Translations under genes and position numbers: made by a program
Shown here: piece after piece, positions 10,073 to 19,609 of the stretch
Position numbering within the stretch: the stretch's first letter is position 1
Layout of the letters: every line of letters starts with the position of its first letter
Notes under the pieces: generated by a model
The model's input: only the letters and a program-made list of their open reading frames with translations
Databases searched by the model: none
Told to the model about the DNA's origin: nothing
Origin: Gemmatimonadales bacterium
GTDB lineage: Bacteria; Gemmatimonadota; Gemmatimonadetes; Gemmatimonadales; GWC2-71-9
Direction of reading: 5' to 3'
Length of the DNA stretch: 64,000 bases
Assembly (NCBI GenBank): GCA_037189525.1
Contig: JBBCJC010000002.1
Coordinates: 1,088,001-1,152,000, forward strand

Positions 10073-10435
10073 ATGCGGTCCTGTCTCAACCCCCTCGCGC
10101 GGCTGCGCCGGTCCCTCGGTCCGGTTGCCGTAACCCTGCTCCTCTTCTTCGGAGTGGCGCAGGCGGTTGCGGCGTGGCATGTCGCGCGCGGGACAGACCA
10201 GGATCGTGTCTCGGTTGCGGCCGCCGACGTGTCGACGCCTTCGGGCGGGGGGCATGTCGACGACGGCTGTGCGCTCTGCTCGACGCCGGTGCAGCCAACC
10301 TTTGCGGCCGTTCTGATCTCGATCGTCGTCGAGATGGCGCCGCGCCGGATGGCTCCGCTCGAACCCACTCTCCTTCCCGCATCTCCCATCGTACTCGGCG
10401 CCAGCGGACCTCGCGCGCCACCAGCCGTTTCCTGA
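10073..10435 (+). CDS. DUF2946-like / CruR-like leader peptide (signal anchor, CxxC, C-terminal RAPP)
   Basis: 120 aa: hydrophobic N-terminus, HVDDGCALC, ends GPRAPPAVS; directly upstream of a TonB-dependent receptor. Confidence 0.78.
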   Translation: MRSCLNPLARLRRSLGPVAVTLLLFFGVAQAVAAWHVARGTDQDRVSVAAADVSTPSGGGHVDDGCALCSTPVQPTFAAVLISIVVEMAPRRMAPLEPTLLPASPIVLGASGPRAPPAVS

Positions 10436-10569
10436 TTTCACGCTTGCGATAGTCTCGACTGCTCCAGTCGAGGCACTGATGTGTCGCCGGTGGGACACGT
10501 CGTTGGATCGTTCGAGACGTCTGTGAACCGCGCGTGGTCGCGGCTGCCGGCGTCCAGAGGAAGTCGGAT

Positions 10570-12852
10570 ATGGTTGTTCGTTGGTTCGTCCTTATCGGTC
10601 TGCTGCTTGCCGGCAACCGTGAGCTGGCCGCGCAGTCGCCCAATACCGGCACGCTGCGCGGTACCGTCGTCGCGGCCGATGGCGGACCCCTCCAGGCGTC
10701 GCTGATCCGGGTGCTCGACCGGCATCTGACCGAAACGACGCACGCCGACGGCTCGTTCCTGTTGCCGGCGGTTCCGATTGGTCCGCAGCGGGTGGCCATC
10801 ACGGCCATCGGGTATCAGGCGTTCTTCACCACCGTCACCATCACCCCCGGCGATACCGTCCGGCTCGATGTCACCCTCACGCCGGCGGTCCTGCGGCTCG
10901 AGGAGATCGTGACCACCGGCACCATCAGTGCCCGGGCGCGGAGCGAGGTGGTGAGTCCGACCTCGGTCGTGGCTGGCGCGGCGCTCGATCGCCAGCTGGA
11001 TGCGACGGTTGCGGCCTCGCTCAGGCACGAACCCGGCGTGGCGGCAGGCGGTCTGGGGCCGGCCACCTCCCAGCCGGTGATTCGCGGGCTGAGCGGCGAT
11101 CGGGTCGTGATGCTGCAGGACGGAATTCGGCCGGGTGACCTCGCCTCGACCTCGGCCGACCATGCGGTGACCGTGGATCCGTTGACGGCCCAGCGGATCG
11201 AGGTGGTCCGCGGCCCGATGTCGCTGCTCTACGGATCGAGCGCGCTCGGCGGGGTGGTCAACGTCATTCGGGAAGACGTGCCCGCTTCTCGGCCCGATGC
11301 CCTTCACGGCGCCGTCTCCGCCCAGGCCAGTTCGGTCAATCGGGGCGCCACGCTGGGCGGGTATGCCGTGTCGGGCCTCGGTCCGCTGGTGGTGCGCGGC
11401 GAGGGCACCATCCGCCGCGCCGGCGACACCCGGACCCCGAAAGGCCGCCTCACCAACACGGACGTGGCCACCCTCGACCTGTCCGGCGGCGCCTCGTACG
11501 TTGCGCCTAACGGTTATGCCGGGTTGTCGTACCGCTACTTCGACAACGACTACGGTATTCCGGGCGGGTTCGTCGGCGGGCACGCCGAGGGTGTCGACGT
11601 GGCGATGCAGCGGCACACGGTCCGCTCGACGTTCGATCTGCATCCGACCAGCGATACCTGGGAGAGCATTCGGGCCAACATCGGCGGCACCTTCTATCGC
11701 CATACCGAGTATGAATCCAGCGGGGCGGTGGGAACTCGCTTCCGCCAATCGTTCCTGAACGGCACGGTCACCGCCCGGCATCGCGGCGTGCTTGGCGCGA
11801 GCAGCGGCGCCATCGGGGTGGGTGGGCACTACCGTTCGATCCGGACCGGTGGCACGCTGCGCACCCCGGCGACGGCGGACTACTCGCTGTCGGCGTTTGC
11901 CGTGCAGGAGTACGGCGAGGGCCCGCTCCGGCTCCAGGCAGGATTGCGTTTCGACTTTGCGCACTACGATCCGCGGGAGCGTTCCGTCTTTCAGATCGAA
12001 GGCGAGCAGGTCGAGGCCGTGTCGCGATCGTTCGGCGCCTTTTCCGGATCGGTCGGCGCCATATACGATCTTGGCGACGGGCTGGCCATCGGCGGAAGCG
12101 TGGCCCGCGCGTATCGCACGCCCGATTTCAACGAGTTGTACTCCAACGGTCCGCACCTGGCGGCCAACTCCTACGACGTCGGCGACCCGCGTCTGGTCGA
12201 GGAAACGGGGCTGGGCCTCGACGGCTTCGTGCGACTGGATCGGGCGTCGGTGCGGGTCGAGGTCGCCGCGTTCCGCAACCAGCTCGATAACTACATCTTC
12301 CCGTCGAGCCGCGGCCGGGCCGTCATCGGGCGACAGGGCGGCCGTCCGCTCTTCCAGTTTACCAATGAGGCCGCGGTCTTCCAGGGCTTCGAAGGATCCT
12401 TCAGTGTCGGCCTGTCCCGCCGGCTGGTGTTCGATGCGACGGTCTCGTATGTCGCGGCGAAATTCACCTCCGATCGCGCCCCGATTCCGATCATCAGTCT
12501 CGATCCGCCCGACACCTCGTTCGTGGCCGCATCGGACCATCCTCCGCTCATCCCGCCACTCTTCGGCAACGCCGAGTTGCGCTACGAGCGGCCGCAGTAC
12601 TTCGCGGGCGCCGGGATGCGGTGGACGGCGCGCCAGTCGCGGCTCGGCGATTTCGAAACCGAAACGGCCGGGTCCGTGGTCGGCGAACTGCACGCGGGCG
12701 TCCGGCTCCTGATCGGCGGCCAGTTCCACACGCTGACGCTCCGGGTCGACAACCTGACCAATGCGGAGTACTACGATCACCTGTCCCGCATCAAGGACAT
12801 CGAGCCCCAGCCGGGGCGCAATGTCAGTTTGCTCTATCGCTTCACGTTCTGA
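10570..12852 (+). CDS. TonB-dependent receptor, ZnuD-like metal uptake type, with N-terminal carboxypeptidase-regulatory-like domain
   Basis: Signal peptide; plug motifs PVIRGL, DLASTSADHAVTVDP, RIEVVRGPMSLLYGSSALGGVVNV; ELYSNGPHLA; C-terminal aromatic (YRFTF); SD AGAGGA. Confidence 0.92.
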   Translation: MVVRWFVLIGLLLAGNRELAAQSPNTGTLRGTVVAADGGPLQASLIRVLDRHLTETTHADGSFLLPAVPIGPQRVAITAIGYQAFFTTVTITPGDTVRLDVTLTPAVLRLEEIVTTGTISARARSEVVSPTSVVAGAALDRQLDATVAASLRHEPGVAAGGLGPATSQPVIRGLSGDRVVMLQDGIRPGDLASTSADHAVTVDPLTAQRIEVVRGPMSLLYGSSALGGVVNVIREDVPASRPDALHGAVSAQASSVNRGATLGGYAVSGLGPLVVRGEGTIRRAGDTRTPKGRLTNTDVATLDLSGGASYVAPNGYAGLSYRYFDNDYGIPGGFVGGHAEGVDVAMQRHTVRSTFDLHPTSDTWESIRANIGGTFYRHTEYESSGAVGTRFRQSFLNGTVTARHRGVLGASSGAIGVGGHYRSIRTGGTLRTPATADYSLSAFAVQEYGEGPLRLQAGLRFDFAHYDPRERSVFQIEGEQVEAVSRSFGAFSGSVGAIYDLGDGLAIGGSVARAYRTPDFNELYSNGPHLAANSYDVGDPRLVEETGLGLDGFVRLDRASVRVEVAAFRNQLDNYIFPSSRGRAVIGRQGGRPLFQFTNEAAVFQGFEGSFSVGLSRRLVFDATVSYVAAKFTSDRAPIPIISLDPPDTSFVAASDHPPLIPPLFGNAELRYERPQYFAGAGMRWTARQSRLGDFETETAGSVVGELHAGVRLLIGGQFHTLTLRVDNLTNAEYYDHLSRIKDIEPQPGRNVSLLYRFTF

Positions 12853-12914
12853 TGGAGAGTACCTACTGATCCGGCCCGACCGGGGCGGATCATCGATCCT
12901 GAAGGAGGCTTGTC

Positions 12915-13355
12915 ATGGCAATTGCAGCGTTGGTTCGTCGCGGTCTCGCCGCGAGTGCGTTGGTGGGGATGGCGTTCGTCGCCGGCTGCGGAGACGAAGA
13001 TGATGATCACGATCACGAGCCCGAAGTGGAGACCATGCGGGTCGTCATCGGCGGCACCACGGTGAATTTCTCGGGGGCCACCTGCTCACCGTCGGTCTCC
13101 TCGGTCACCATCCCGACAGCCGGGGCGGCCGTCACCGCGTCCTTCCTGGATGATGATGGCGTCGTGCTGGATCTTCACGATGACGAATTCCAGCTCAACG
13201 TGGAGCCGACGGGCCGGTTCACCCGGTCCGGCGCGTTCAGCGGGAACCTGAGCGGTGGCGCGGCCGGTGCTGCCAACATCAGCTTTGCGCTGTATCATCT
13301 CGAGGAACAGCATACCGATTTCGGGCCTTGCACCGTCTCGGTCGTCGTCCAATAA
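12915..13355 (+). CDS. His/acid-rich lipoprotein, probable metal-binding partner of the receptor
   Basis: Lipobox FVAGC followed by DEDDDHDHEPE; C-terminal YHLEEQHTDF; strong SD AAGGAGG. Confidence 0.8.
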   Translation: MAIAALVRRGLAASALVGMAFVAGCGDEDDDHDHEPEVETMRVVIGGTTVNFSGATCSPSVSSVTIPTAGAAVTASFLDDDGVVLDLHDDEFQLNVEPTGRFTRSGAFSGNLSGGAAGAANISFALYHLEEQHTDFGPCTVSVVVQ

Positions 13356-13374
13356 CACGAATCGAGTCGATCGG

Positions 13375-13417
13375 AACCGGCGGGGGCTTTTCTCGAGCCC
13401 CCGCCGGTTTCACATTT
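13375..13417 (+). terminator. Intrinsic terminator-like hairpin
   Basis: 14-bp perfect stem AACCGGCGGGGGCT/AGCCCCCGCCGGTT followed by TCACATTT. Confidence 0.7.
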
Positions 13418-13422
13418 GGGGG

Positions 13423-14130
13423 ATGACAGCTCCCGTTGCTCTCGTTACCGGCGCCACCGAAGGGATCGGACGCGCCATCGCCGAGGCACTCTGCCAAGGC
13501 GGATACTCGGTGGCCATTACGGCCCGCACCGAATCCCGGCTCCGCGAAGCCCTCGCCGAACTGACCGCGGACGGCCACCGGGCCACCGGCTTTGCCGCGG
13601 ACGTCTCCGACCCGGCGGCGGTTGCCCGTCTGGTGGAACACACCGAACGTGAACTCGGCCCGGTCGACGTTCTGGTCAACAATGCCGGCATCGGCATCCT
13701 CGGTCCGATCGACGATTTTTCGCTCGAAGAATGGGACCGGACCTTTGCCGTCAACGTGCGGAGCCTGTTCCTGCTGACCAAGGCGGTGCTGCCCGGTATG
13801 CGCGCCAAGCAACAAGGCGACATCGTCAATATCGCGAGTCTGGCCGGGAAGAACGGCCTCGCCCACGGCGTCGCGTACAGCGCTTCCAAGCATGCGGTGG
13901 TGGGCTTTGGCCGGTCGCTGATGGCGGAAGTGCGGAAGGACGGCATTCGGGTGGTGACGGTCTGCCCGGGCAGCGTCGATACCGCGCTGCTTCGCGATCA
14001 GAACACCCTCAAGCCCAACTTCGATCGGATTCTGCGTCCCGCGGATGTGGCGGCGGCGGTGGTCGACGCGCTGCAGCTGCCGCGCCGCGCCTTGATCAAC
14101 GAAATCGAGATTCGCCCGGCCAACCCCTGA
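13423..14130 (+). CDS. SDR-family oxidoreductase
   Basis: TGATEGIG, NNAG, YSASK, CPGSVDT. Confidence 0.9.
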   Translation: MTAPVALVTGATEGIGRAIAEALCQGGYSVAITARTESRLREALAELTADGHRATGFAADVSDPAAVARLVEHTERELGPVDVLVNNAGIGILGPIDDFSLEEWDRTFAVNVRSLFLLTKAVLPGMRAKQQGDIVNIASLAGKNGLAHGVAYSASKHAVVGFGRSLMAEVRKDGIRVVTVCPGSVDTALLRDQNTLKPNFDRILRPADVAAAVVDALQLPRRALINEIEIRPANP

Positions 14131-14139
14131 CCGGGCGGT

Positions 14140-15627
14140 TCAACTCCGCCGGGTCAGGGTCGAGTAGCGCGCGGGGGTGCCTCGGCGGATCAGTTCGAGA
14201 TGCGGGGCGGCCACGGCGGCAAACTGCTGCGCGACGGCTGCGGCTTCGCGTGAGGTGGTAAAGCGATCGGCTTCGAGCACCAGCGCACCGATGACGCGTC
14301 CGGCCACCCGCAGCGAAACCGCCAGCCCTTCCCGATCCGTTCCCTGAATCAGGGTCCAGGGCCGTTCATCCTCCAGCACGCTTCGCGCGCCCGATTCGGC
14401 AATCACCCGCACCGGCAGGTCGGGCAGCGGACGGATCACGTCGGGGGTGAGTTCGACGTATTCGGTTTCCGAGGTCCGCAGTTCGAAACGCAGCGCGTCG
14501 TGCGAAACCAGTTCGGCCACTTCGGTCGCGAACTTGTGCAGCGCTTCGCCGAGGTGGGCCGTGGCCGCCAGGGCTTCCGCGGCGCGCAGCACCGGGAGCG
14601 AGGGGGCCTGGAGCACCTCGAGCTGGCCGCGGAGGCCCTGGGCCTCCGACTCGAGCCGGAATGCGGTAACTCGCGGGGCCACGATCCGCGCCACCTGGAG
14701 GGCCAGCGCTTCGTCGCGGTCGCGGTAGAGCGACTGGGCTGCATGGCCCAGGACGAGCATGCCGATGGCTTCGCCGCCTAGCGAGAGCCGGGCGCCCAGG
14801 ACCGAGCCGATCCGGCTGTGGCCGCCGCTGCCGCCCGGCAGAGAGAGGCCCGGCGCTTCGCCGGCCAGGTTGGCAATCGAGCCGGTCTGGTTCGGTCCTA
14901 GGCATTCGCTGAGCAGGGCCACGATATCCTGCCAGGTACTCGCGGCCGAGCCCCAGCGGCGGCGCCCTCCGGCTCCGGACAGCGGTACCGCGGTCTTGGC
15001 GCCGTTGGCAAAGGCCAGGATCTCGAGCCGATCGTGCGGCAGGTGCGGATGTAGCAGCCCGGAGAGGCGGCGGACCAGTTCCGGTCCGGTCGGCGCATTG
15101 CCGGCCAGGCTCAGCAGGGCTGATACCAGGTCGTCCTCGATCGGGGCCGCCGGTTCCGCCGGGGCAACCATGGTCGCGCTGAGCGCAGCAAGCGAAGCGG
15201 CCAGGCGTTGGGCCAGCTGGCGCAGCAAGCGGGCCGCGGGCGCGCCGTAGCTGCCGGCGTCGAAGGTGCCGACCAGGATCAGGCCGACGTCGCGCCCGTC
15301 GGAATGGACAGGCACCGCCGCCGCGCTCGCGTATTTGGCGCGCCGGAGGGTGTCCTCCAGTTCGAACAACTGGTCCTGAGTCAGGTGCGGGTCGGGTAGC
15401 GGCACGGCCAGCCGGTCCTGGGCCAGGGCGTCGGGGCCGAGCAGGATGGCGCCCCCGCGTTCGGGGAAAACCCAGAGCCCGAAGATCTGATGGGGAATGT
15501 CGGCGGCCACCAGGTTTGACAGGGCCATATGCCACGACGCCACCGCAACCGGGTCGGGGGTGCCGGCGGTCAGGTCGAGCACCGGTACCAGAAGCGTCCC
15601 CAGCGGGGGCGTCGGATCGTTCGTCAT
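14140..15627 (-). CDS. Multi-GAF-domain protein without a recognisable output domain
   Basis: Three repeats of GAF-like endings (VPVHSDGRDVGLILV, ARLSLGGEAIGMLVL, VSLRVAGRVIGALVL), each followed by a helix. Confidence 0.65.
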   Translation of the reverse strand: MTNDPTPPLGTLLVPVLDLTAGTPDPVAVASWHMALSNLVAADIPHQIFGLWVFPERGGAILLGPDALAQDRLAVPLPDPHLTQDQLFELEDTLRRAKYASAAAVPVHSDGRDVGLILVGTFDAGSYGAPAARLLRQLAQRLAASLAALSATMVAPAEPAAPIEDDLVSALLSLAGNAPTGPELVRRLSGLLHPHLPHDRLEILAFANGAKTAVPLSGAGGRRRWGSAASTWQDIVALLSECLGPNQTGSIANLAGEAPGLSLPGGSGGHSRIGSVLGARLSLGGEAIGMLVLGHAAQSLYRDRDEALALQVARIVAPRVTAFRLESEAQGLRGQLEVLQAPSLPVLRAAEALAATAHLGEALHKFATEVAELVSHDALRFELRTSETEYVELTPDVIRPLPDLPVRVIAESGARSVLEDERPWTLIQGTDREGLAVSLRVAGRVIGALVLEADRFTTSREAAAVAQQFAAVAAPHLELIRRGTPARYSTLTRRS

Positions 15628-15786
15628 GGCCGATTGCGGGTTCTGCAGGACCCATGCCTCATGGCCTGGATTGTAACATATTGCTGTAAAATAGGTTAGG
15701 GTGATCGGTCGCGGTGGGCTCCGGGGGCGGGTGCAACATCCTGCCGTGGCTTGCCTGGGACAGGCCGGCATGATTTTCTTTGCTGG

Positions 15787-15999
15787 ATGACGTTACTGAC
15801 GCTGCATATCGATGGGATGTCCTGCGGTCACTGCCTCAACGCGGTCAATCGCAGCCTGGGGGGCCTGGCGGGTGTGGTCATCAAGTCGGTGGGGATTGGC
15901 CGGGCGGAGGTGGAGTTCGATCCGGCGGTGACCAGCGAAGCGGCAATCATCGCTGCCGTGAAGGACGCGGGCTACCCGGCCACCCCGGTCGCGTCCTAG
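15787..15999 (+). CDS. copZ: Heavy-metal-associated (CopZ-like) chaperone
   Basis: 70 aa; IDGMSCGHC and DAGY motifs. Confidence 0.88.
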   Translation: MTLLTLHIDGMSCGHCLNAVNRSLGGLAGVVIKSVGIGRAEVEFDPAVTSEAAIIAAVKDAGYPATPVAS

Positions 16000-16009
16000 T
16001 CTGCCGGAC

Positions 16010-16040
16010 CGGGAGAAGCTCCGCCGAGGAGCCTCTCCCG
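16010..16040. terminator. Hairpin between convergent genes
   Basis: CGGGAGA-A-GCTCC / GGAGC-C-TCTCCCG stem; no T tract. Confidence 0.4.
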
Positions 16041-16064
16041 CTGTCCAGTCCGAAGGTTAAAGCG

Positions 16065-16487
16065 TCAGGGAGCAGTCCGGCCGCGCTCCATCCGGGCGTC
16101 GAGGCTGTGCGGCCCGGCCCCCCGCGCCGAGAAGAAGAGCCAGAGGAAGCAGTAGACCAGCGCCAGCTCCCCGCCGTTGGCCCACCACCAGAAGCTGTTG
16201 TTGCCGAATGCCCAGTGGGCCGTCAGGTACGCTGCGGCCATCAAGCCGGACGCCAGGAAGGCCGCGGGCCGGGTGAAGAGCCCGATGGCAATCAGGACGC
16301 CCCCGACCAGCTCGATCACCCCGGCCAGGCCGAAGCGGCTCATCAACTCGGCGGTGCCGCCGTTGGGACCGAAACCGCCGAACCAGCCCAGCAGTTTCTG
16401 GGCGCCATGCGAAGCAAACGCCAGCCCGCCGACCACCCGGAGTGCGGTGAGGCTCGCCGTCGTGAATGCTGAGGGTGATGTCGTCAT
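16065..16487 (-). CDS. DoxX family membrane protein
   Basis: LRV..GL.F.SHG.QKL, ELVGG.L..IGLFTR.AA, GAG.HSLD. Confidence 0.9.
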   Translation of the reverse strand: MTTSPSAFTTASLTALRVVGGLAFASHGAQKLLGWFGGFGPNGGTAELMSRFGLAGVIELVGGVLIAIGLFTRPAAFLASGLMAAAYLTAHWAFGNNSFWWWANGGELALVYCFLWLFFSARGAGPHSLDARMERGRTAP

Positions 16488-16501
16488 TTCGATCTCCTGG
16501 T

Positions 16502-17005
16502 CTAGTCGTCGAGAACCACTTCGGCCGGCTCGTCGAACCGTGAGGTGAGTTCCGGGTGGGCGTTGAGGATCCGGGCGCAGCTGTTCCAGCGGATCACGGC
16601 GTCGTCGTTACCGGGCGGACGGACCGCCTCGGCCTTCTCGTACCAATCCATGGCTTCGCGATACCAGTCGGTGGCCAGGCTGGCTGCCGTCAAGCTCGGG
16701 CTCATCCGCTGGGCGTGCCCGCGGCGCTCGCAGATGATCCCGGCATAGTAGGCGCGCTCATAGTCGTCGGTCAATTGCGACAGGACCTCACGCGCGCGGC
16801 CCAGGCCGCCGGCAATGCCCTGGGCAATCAGATCGGTCCGGGCCAGCAAGAGCATGACCAGCGCCTTCTGGTTGGCCGGTTCGATGGCCAGGACATCGAG
16901 GCAGATACTCTCCGCGGCGTCGGGCTCGTTCAACAGACGATAGCGCTCCGCTTTGGCCAGGGCGGAGGCCACTCCACCGGCCGTCATCGGTTTGAGCTCG
17001 AGCAT
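16502..17005 (-). CDS. Helical TPR-like hypothetical protein at the end of the sdh operon
   Basis: 167 aa from MLELKP with SD GAAGGAGG; AERYRLLNEP..AESICLDVL, YYAGIICERR, IRWNSCAR. Confidence 0.75.
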   Translation of the reverse strand: MLELKPMTAGGVASALAKAERYRLLNEPDAAESICLDVLAIEPANQKALVMLLLARTDLIAQGIAGGLGRAREVLSQLTDDYERAYYAGIICERRGHAQRMSPSLTAASLATDWYREAMDWYEKAEAVRPPGNDDAVIRWNSCARILNAHPELTSRFDEPAEVVLDD

Positions 17006-17016
17006 CGGAACCTCCT

Positions 17017-17772
17017 TCAGCTGGACGTGTCCTTCCCCCGAAACATCCCGATCAGTTTGGCAATCGGGTCGAATGCCTCGTCGATGACCCGCTCCTTGAG
17101 CGGAATGATCGCATTGTCGGTAATCCGGATTTCTTCCGGGCAGACCTTGGTACAGCATTTGGTAATGTTGCAGTACCCGATGCCGTGCAAGGTGCGCAGC
17201 GCTTCGAGACGGTCGCCGGTGTCGATGGGATTCATCTCGAGTCCTGCGACGTAGAGCAGGAAGCGCGGACCGATGAACTCATCGTGCATCTGGTGGTCGC
17301 GCAGCACGTGGCAGACGTCCTGGCAGAGGAAGCACTCGATGCACTTGCGGAACTCCTGGGGCCGGTCGACATCCTCCTGCCACATCCGCCAGGTGCCATC
17401 CGGCGCATCCGGGGCGCGCGGCGCCAGCTTGGGGATTTTCTTCTTGACCGCGTAGTTCCAGCTCACGTCGGTCACCAGGTCCCGCAGGTGCGGGAAGGCA
17501 CGGATCGGCTCGACCGTGACCGGTTCGCTCAGGTCCAGCTGGTCGAGGCGCGTCATACACATCAACTTGGGCTGGCCGTTGATCTCGGCCGAGCAGGACC
17601 CGCATTTGCCGGCCTTGCAGTTCCAGCGGCAGGCCAGGTCGGTCGCCTGGTCTGCCTGGATCTGGTGGACCGCATCGAGCACCACCATCCCGCCCGACAC
17701 CTCGGTGGTGTAATCCACCAGTTTGCCGGTGCCGGATTCGCCGCGCCAGATCGAGAATGTCGCCGTTGCCAT
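17017..17772 (-). CDS. sdhB: Succinate dehydrogenase Fe-S subunit (Sdh1 type)
   Basis: WNCKAGKCGSC, CIECFLCQDVC, CNITKCCTKVCP. Confidence 0.93.
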   Translation of the reverse strand: MATATFSIWRGESGTGKLVDYTTEVSGGMVVLDAVHQIQADQATDLACRWNCKAGKCGSCSAEINGQPKLMCMTRLDQLDLSEPVTVEPIRAFPHLRDLVTDVSWNYAVKKKIPKLAPRAPDAPDGTWRMWQEDVDRPQEFRKCIECFLCQDVCHVLRDHQMHDEFIGPRFLLYVAGLEMNPIDTGDRLEALRTLHGIGYCNITKCCTKVCPEEIRITDNAIIPLKERVIDEAFDPIAKLIGMFRGKDTSS

Positions 17773-17800
17773 GCGGTGGCTTCCTCTCTCGCCGTCCAGG

Positions 17801-19609
17801 CTACTTGTAGGTCTCGACCAGTTCCGCCAGCTCGGCAGTTTTCGATGTCACCGGGCGGCGCTCCAGCGCCATCCGGCCGTCCGCTGCCTGCGTAATGACA
17901 TGATTGAGCGTGCCGAACTCGGCCTGTTTTTCGGGATAGTCGTCCCGGAAGTGTCCCCCGCGGCTTTCTTTCCGGGCCAAGGCGGACAGGATGATCGCCT
18001 CCGAGACCGTCATCAGGTTCTTGAGGTCGATCGCGGTGTGCCATCCGGGGTTGTAGGCCCGCCCGCCGGGTACACCGACCGCTGCCGCCCGCTCTTTGAG
18101 CCGTGCCAGTTCCTCCCGCGCGCGGAGCATCTCCTCTTCGCGGCGGACGATCCCGACCAGCGACTGCATCATGACTTGAAGATCCTGCTGCACCTTGTAG
18201 GGACTCTCGCCGGTGGTGCGATCGAACGGCGCCAACGCCTCGCGGACCTGTTCCTCGACCTCGCCGGCATCCGGAGCAACCGAAGGCTGTTCCCGCGCAT
18301 AGCGCGCCGCGAACTCTCCGGCCCGCTTGCCGAACACCACCAGGTCGGACAGCGAATTGCCGCCCAGCCGGTTGGCGCCGTGGAGTCCGGCGGCGGCTTC
18401 GCCGGCGGCAAAGAGACCCGGCACCGTCGTCATCTGGCTGTCACCGTCGACCAGGATGCCGCCCATGATGTAGTGGGTCGTCGGGCCGATTTCCATCGGC
18501 TCCTTGGTGATGTCGATGCCGGCCAGCTGCTTGAACTGATGGTACATGCTGGGCAGCTTCTTCCGGATGTGCTCGGCCGCGTTCGGGATCCGCTCCTTGA
18601 TCCACTGGATGTCGAGGAAGACGCCGCCGTGCGGACTGCCGCGTCCTTCGCGCACCTCGCGGACGATACAGCGGGCCACGTGGTCCCGGGTCAGCAGTTC
18701 GGGCGGCCGGCGGGCATTCTTGTCGCCCATGACGTACCGCCAGCCTTCCTCCGGCGTGTCGGCGGTCTGGGCGCGGTAGTTCTCCGGGATGTCGTCGAAC
18801 ATGAACCGCTTGCCCTGGTTGTTGAGCAGGATCCCGCCTTCGCCGCGTACCCCTTCGGTCACCAGAATGCCCTTGACCGAGGGCGGCCAGATCATCCCGG
18901 TCGGGTGGAACTGAATGAACTCCATGTCGAGCAGGGCCGCCCCCGCCTGGTACGCGAGCGCTTGGCCGTCGCCGCTGTATTCCCAGCTGTTGCTGGTGAT
19001 CTGATAGGCGCGCCCGACCCCCCCGGTGGCGAGCACGATGGCAGGGGCCCGATAGAGGCGGAACTCGCCCTGCTGGCGGTCGTAGCCCAGCGCGCCCGCG
19101 ATCCGCCCCTGCTGGCGGAACAGGCTGACGATGGTGACCTCCATGTGCACGTCGATGCCCTGATGGATGCCGTGATCCTGCAAGGTGCGGATCATCTCGA
19201 GGCCGGTCCGGTCGCCCACATGGGCCAGACGCGGATACCGGTGGCCTCCGAAATTGCGCTGCAGGATCCGACCGTCCTTGGTCCGATCGAACAGCGCGCC
19301 CCACGCCTCCAGCTCACGGACCCGCGCAGGCGCTTCTCTCGCGTGCAGTTCCGCCATCCGCCAGTTGTTGACGTACTGACCGCCGCGCAGCGTATCGGTG
19401 AAGTGGACCTGCCAGTCGTCGCGGTCATCGACGTTGCCCATGGCCGCGGCCATGCCTCCTTCGGCCATGACCGTGTGCGCTTTGCCGAGCAGCGATTTGC
19501 AGATCAGGCCAACCGAGACCCCGGCGGCCGCGGCTTCGATAGCTGCGCGGAGCCCGGCGCCTCCGGCTCCGATGACCAGCACATCATGATCGAAGGTCTG
19601 ATAGGACAT
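17801..19609 (-). CDS. sdhA: Succinate dehydrogenase/fumarate reductase flavoprotein (Sdh1 type)
   Basis: GAGGAG, KAHTVMAEGG, QFHPT, TEGVRGEGG, HYIMGG, HGANRLGGNSL, ESRGGH. Confidence 0.95.
   Translation of the reverse strand: MSYQTFDHDVLVIGAGGAGLRAAIEAAAAGVSVGLICKSLLGKAHTVMAEGGMAAAMGNVDDRDDWQVHFTDTLRGGQYVNNWRMAELHAREAPARVRELEAWGALFDRTKDGRILQRNFGGHRYPRLAHVGDRTGLEMIRTLQDHGIHQGIDVHMEVTIVSLFRQQGRIAGALGYDRQQGEFRLYRAPAIVLATGGVGRAYQITSNSWEYSGDGQALAYQAGAALLDMEFIQFHPTGMIWPPSVKGILVTEGVRGEGGILLNNQGKRFMFDDIPENYRAQTADTPEEGWRYVMGDKNARRPPELLTRDHVARCIVREVREGRGSPHGGVFLDIQWIKERIPNAAEHIRKKLPSMYHQFKQLAGIDITKEPMEIGPTTHYIMGGILVDGDSQMTTVPGLFAAGEAAAGLHGANRLGGNSLSDLVVFGKRAGEFAARYAREQPSVAPDAGEVEEQVREALAPFDRTTGESPYKVQQDLQVMMQSLVGIVRREEEMLRAREELARLKERAAAVGVPGGRAYNPGWHTAIDLKNLMTVSEAIILSALARKESRGGHFRDDYPEKQAEFGTLNHVITQAADGRMALERRPVTSKTAELAELVETYK

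Noticed and set aside
10438..12780. 780-aa minus-strand ORF
   Set aside because: Antisense shadow of the TonB-dependent receptor.
10570..12852. TonB receptor as the ferric-siderophore receptor of the ent cluster
   Set aside because: The plug motif and His-containing loop resemble ZnuD-type metal receptors, it has its own leader and lipoprotein, and it is separated from the cluster by thrE. Not excluded, but unsupported.
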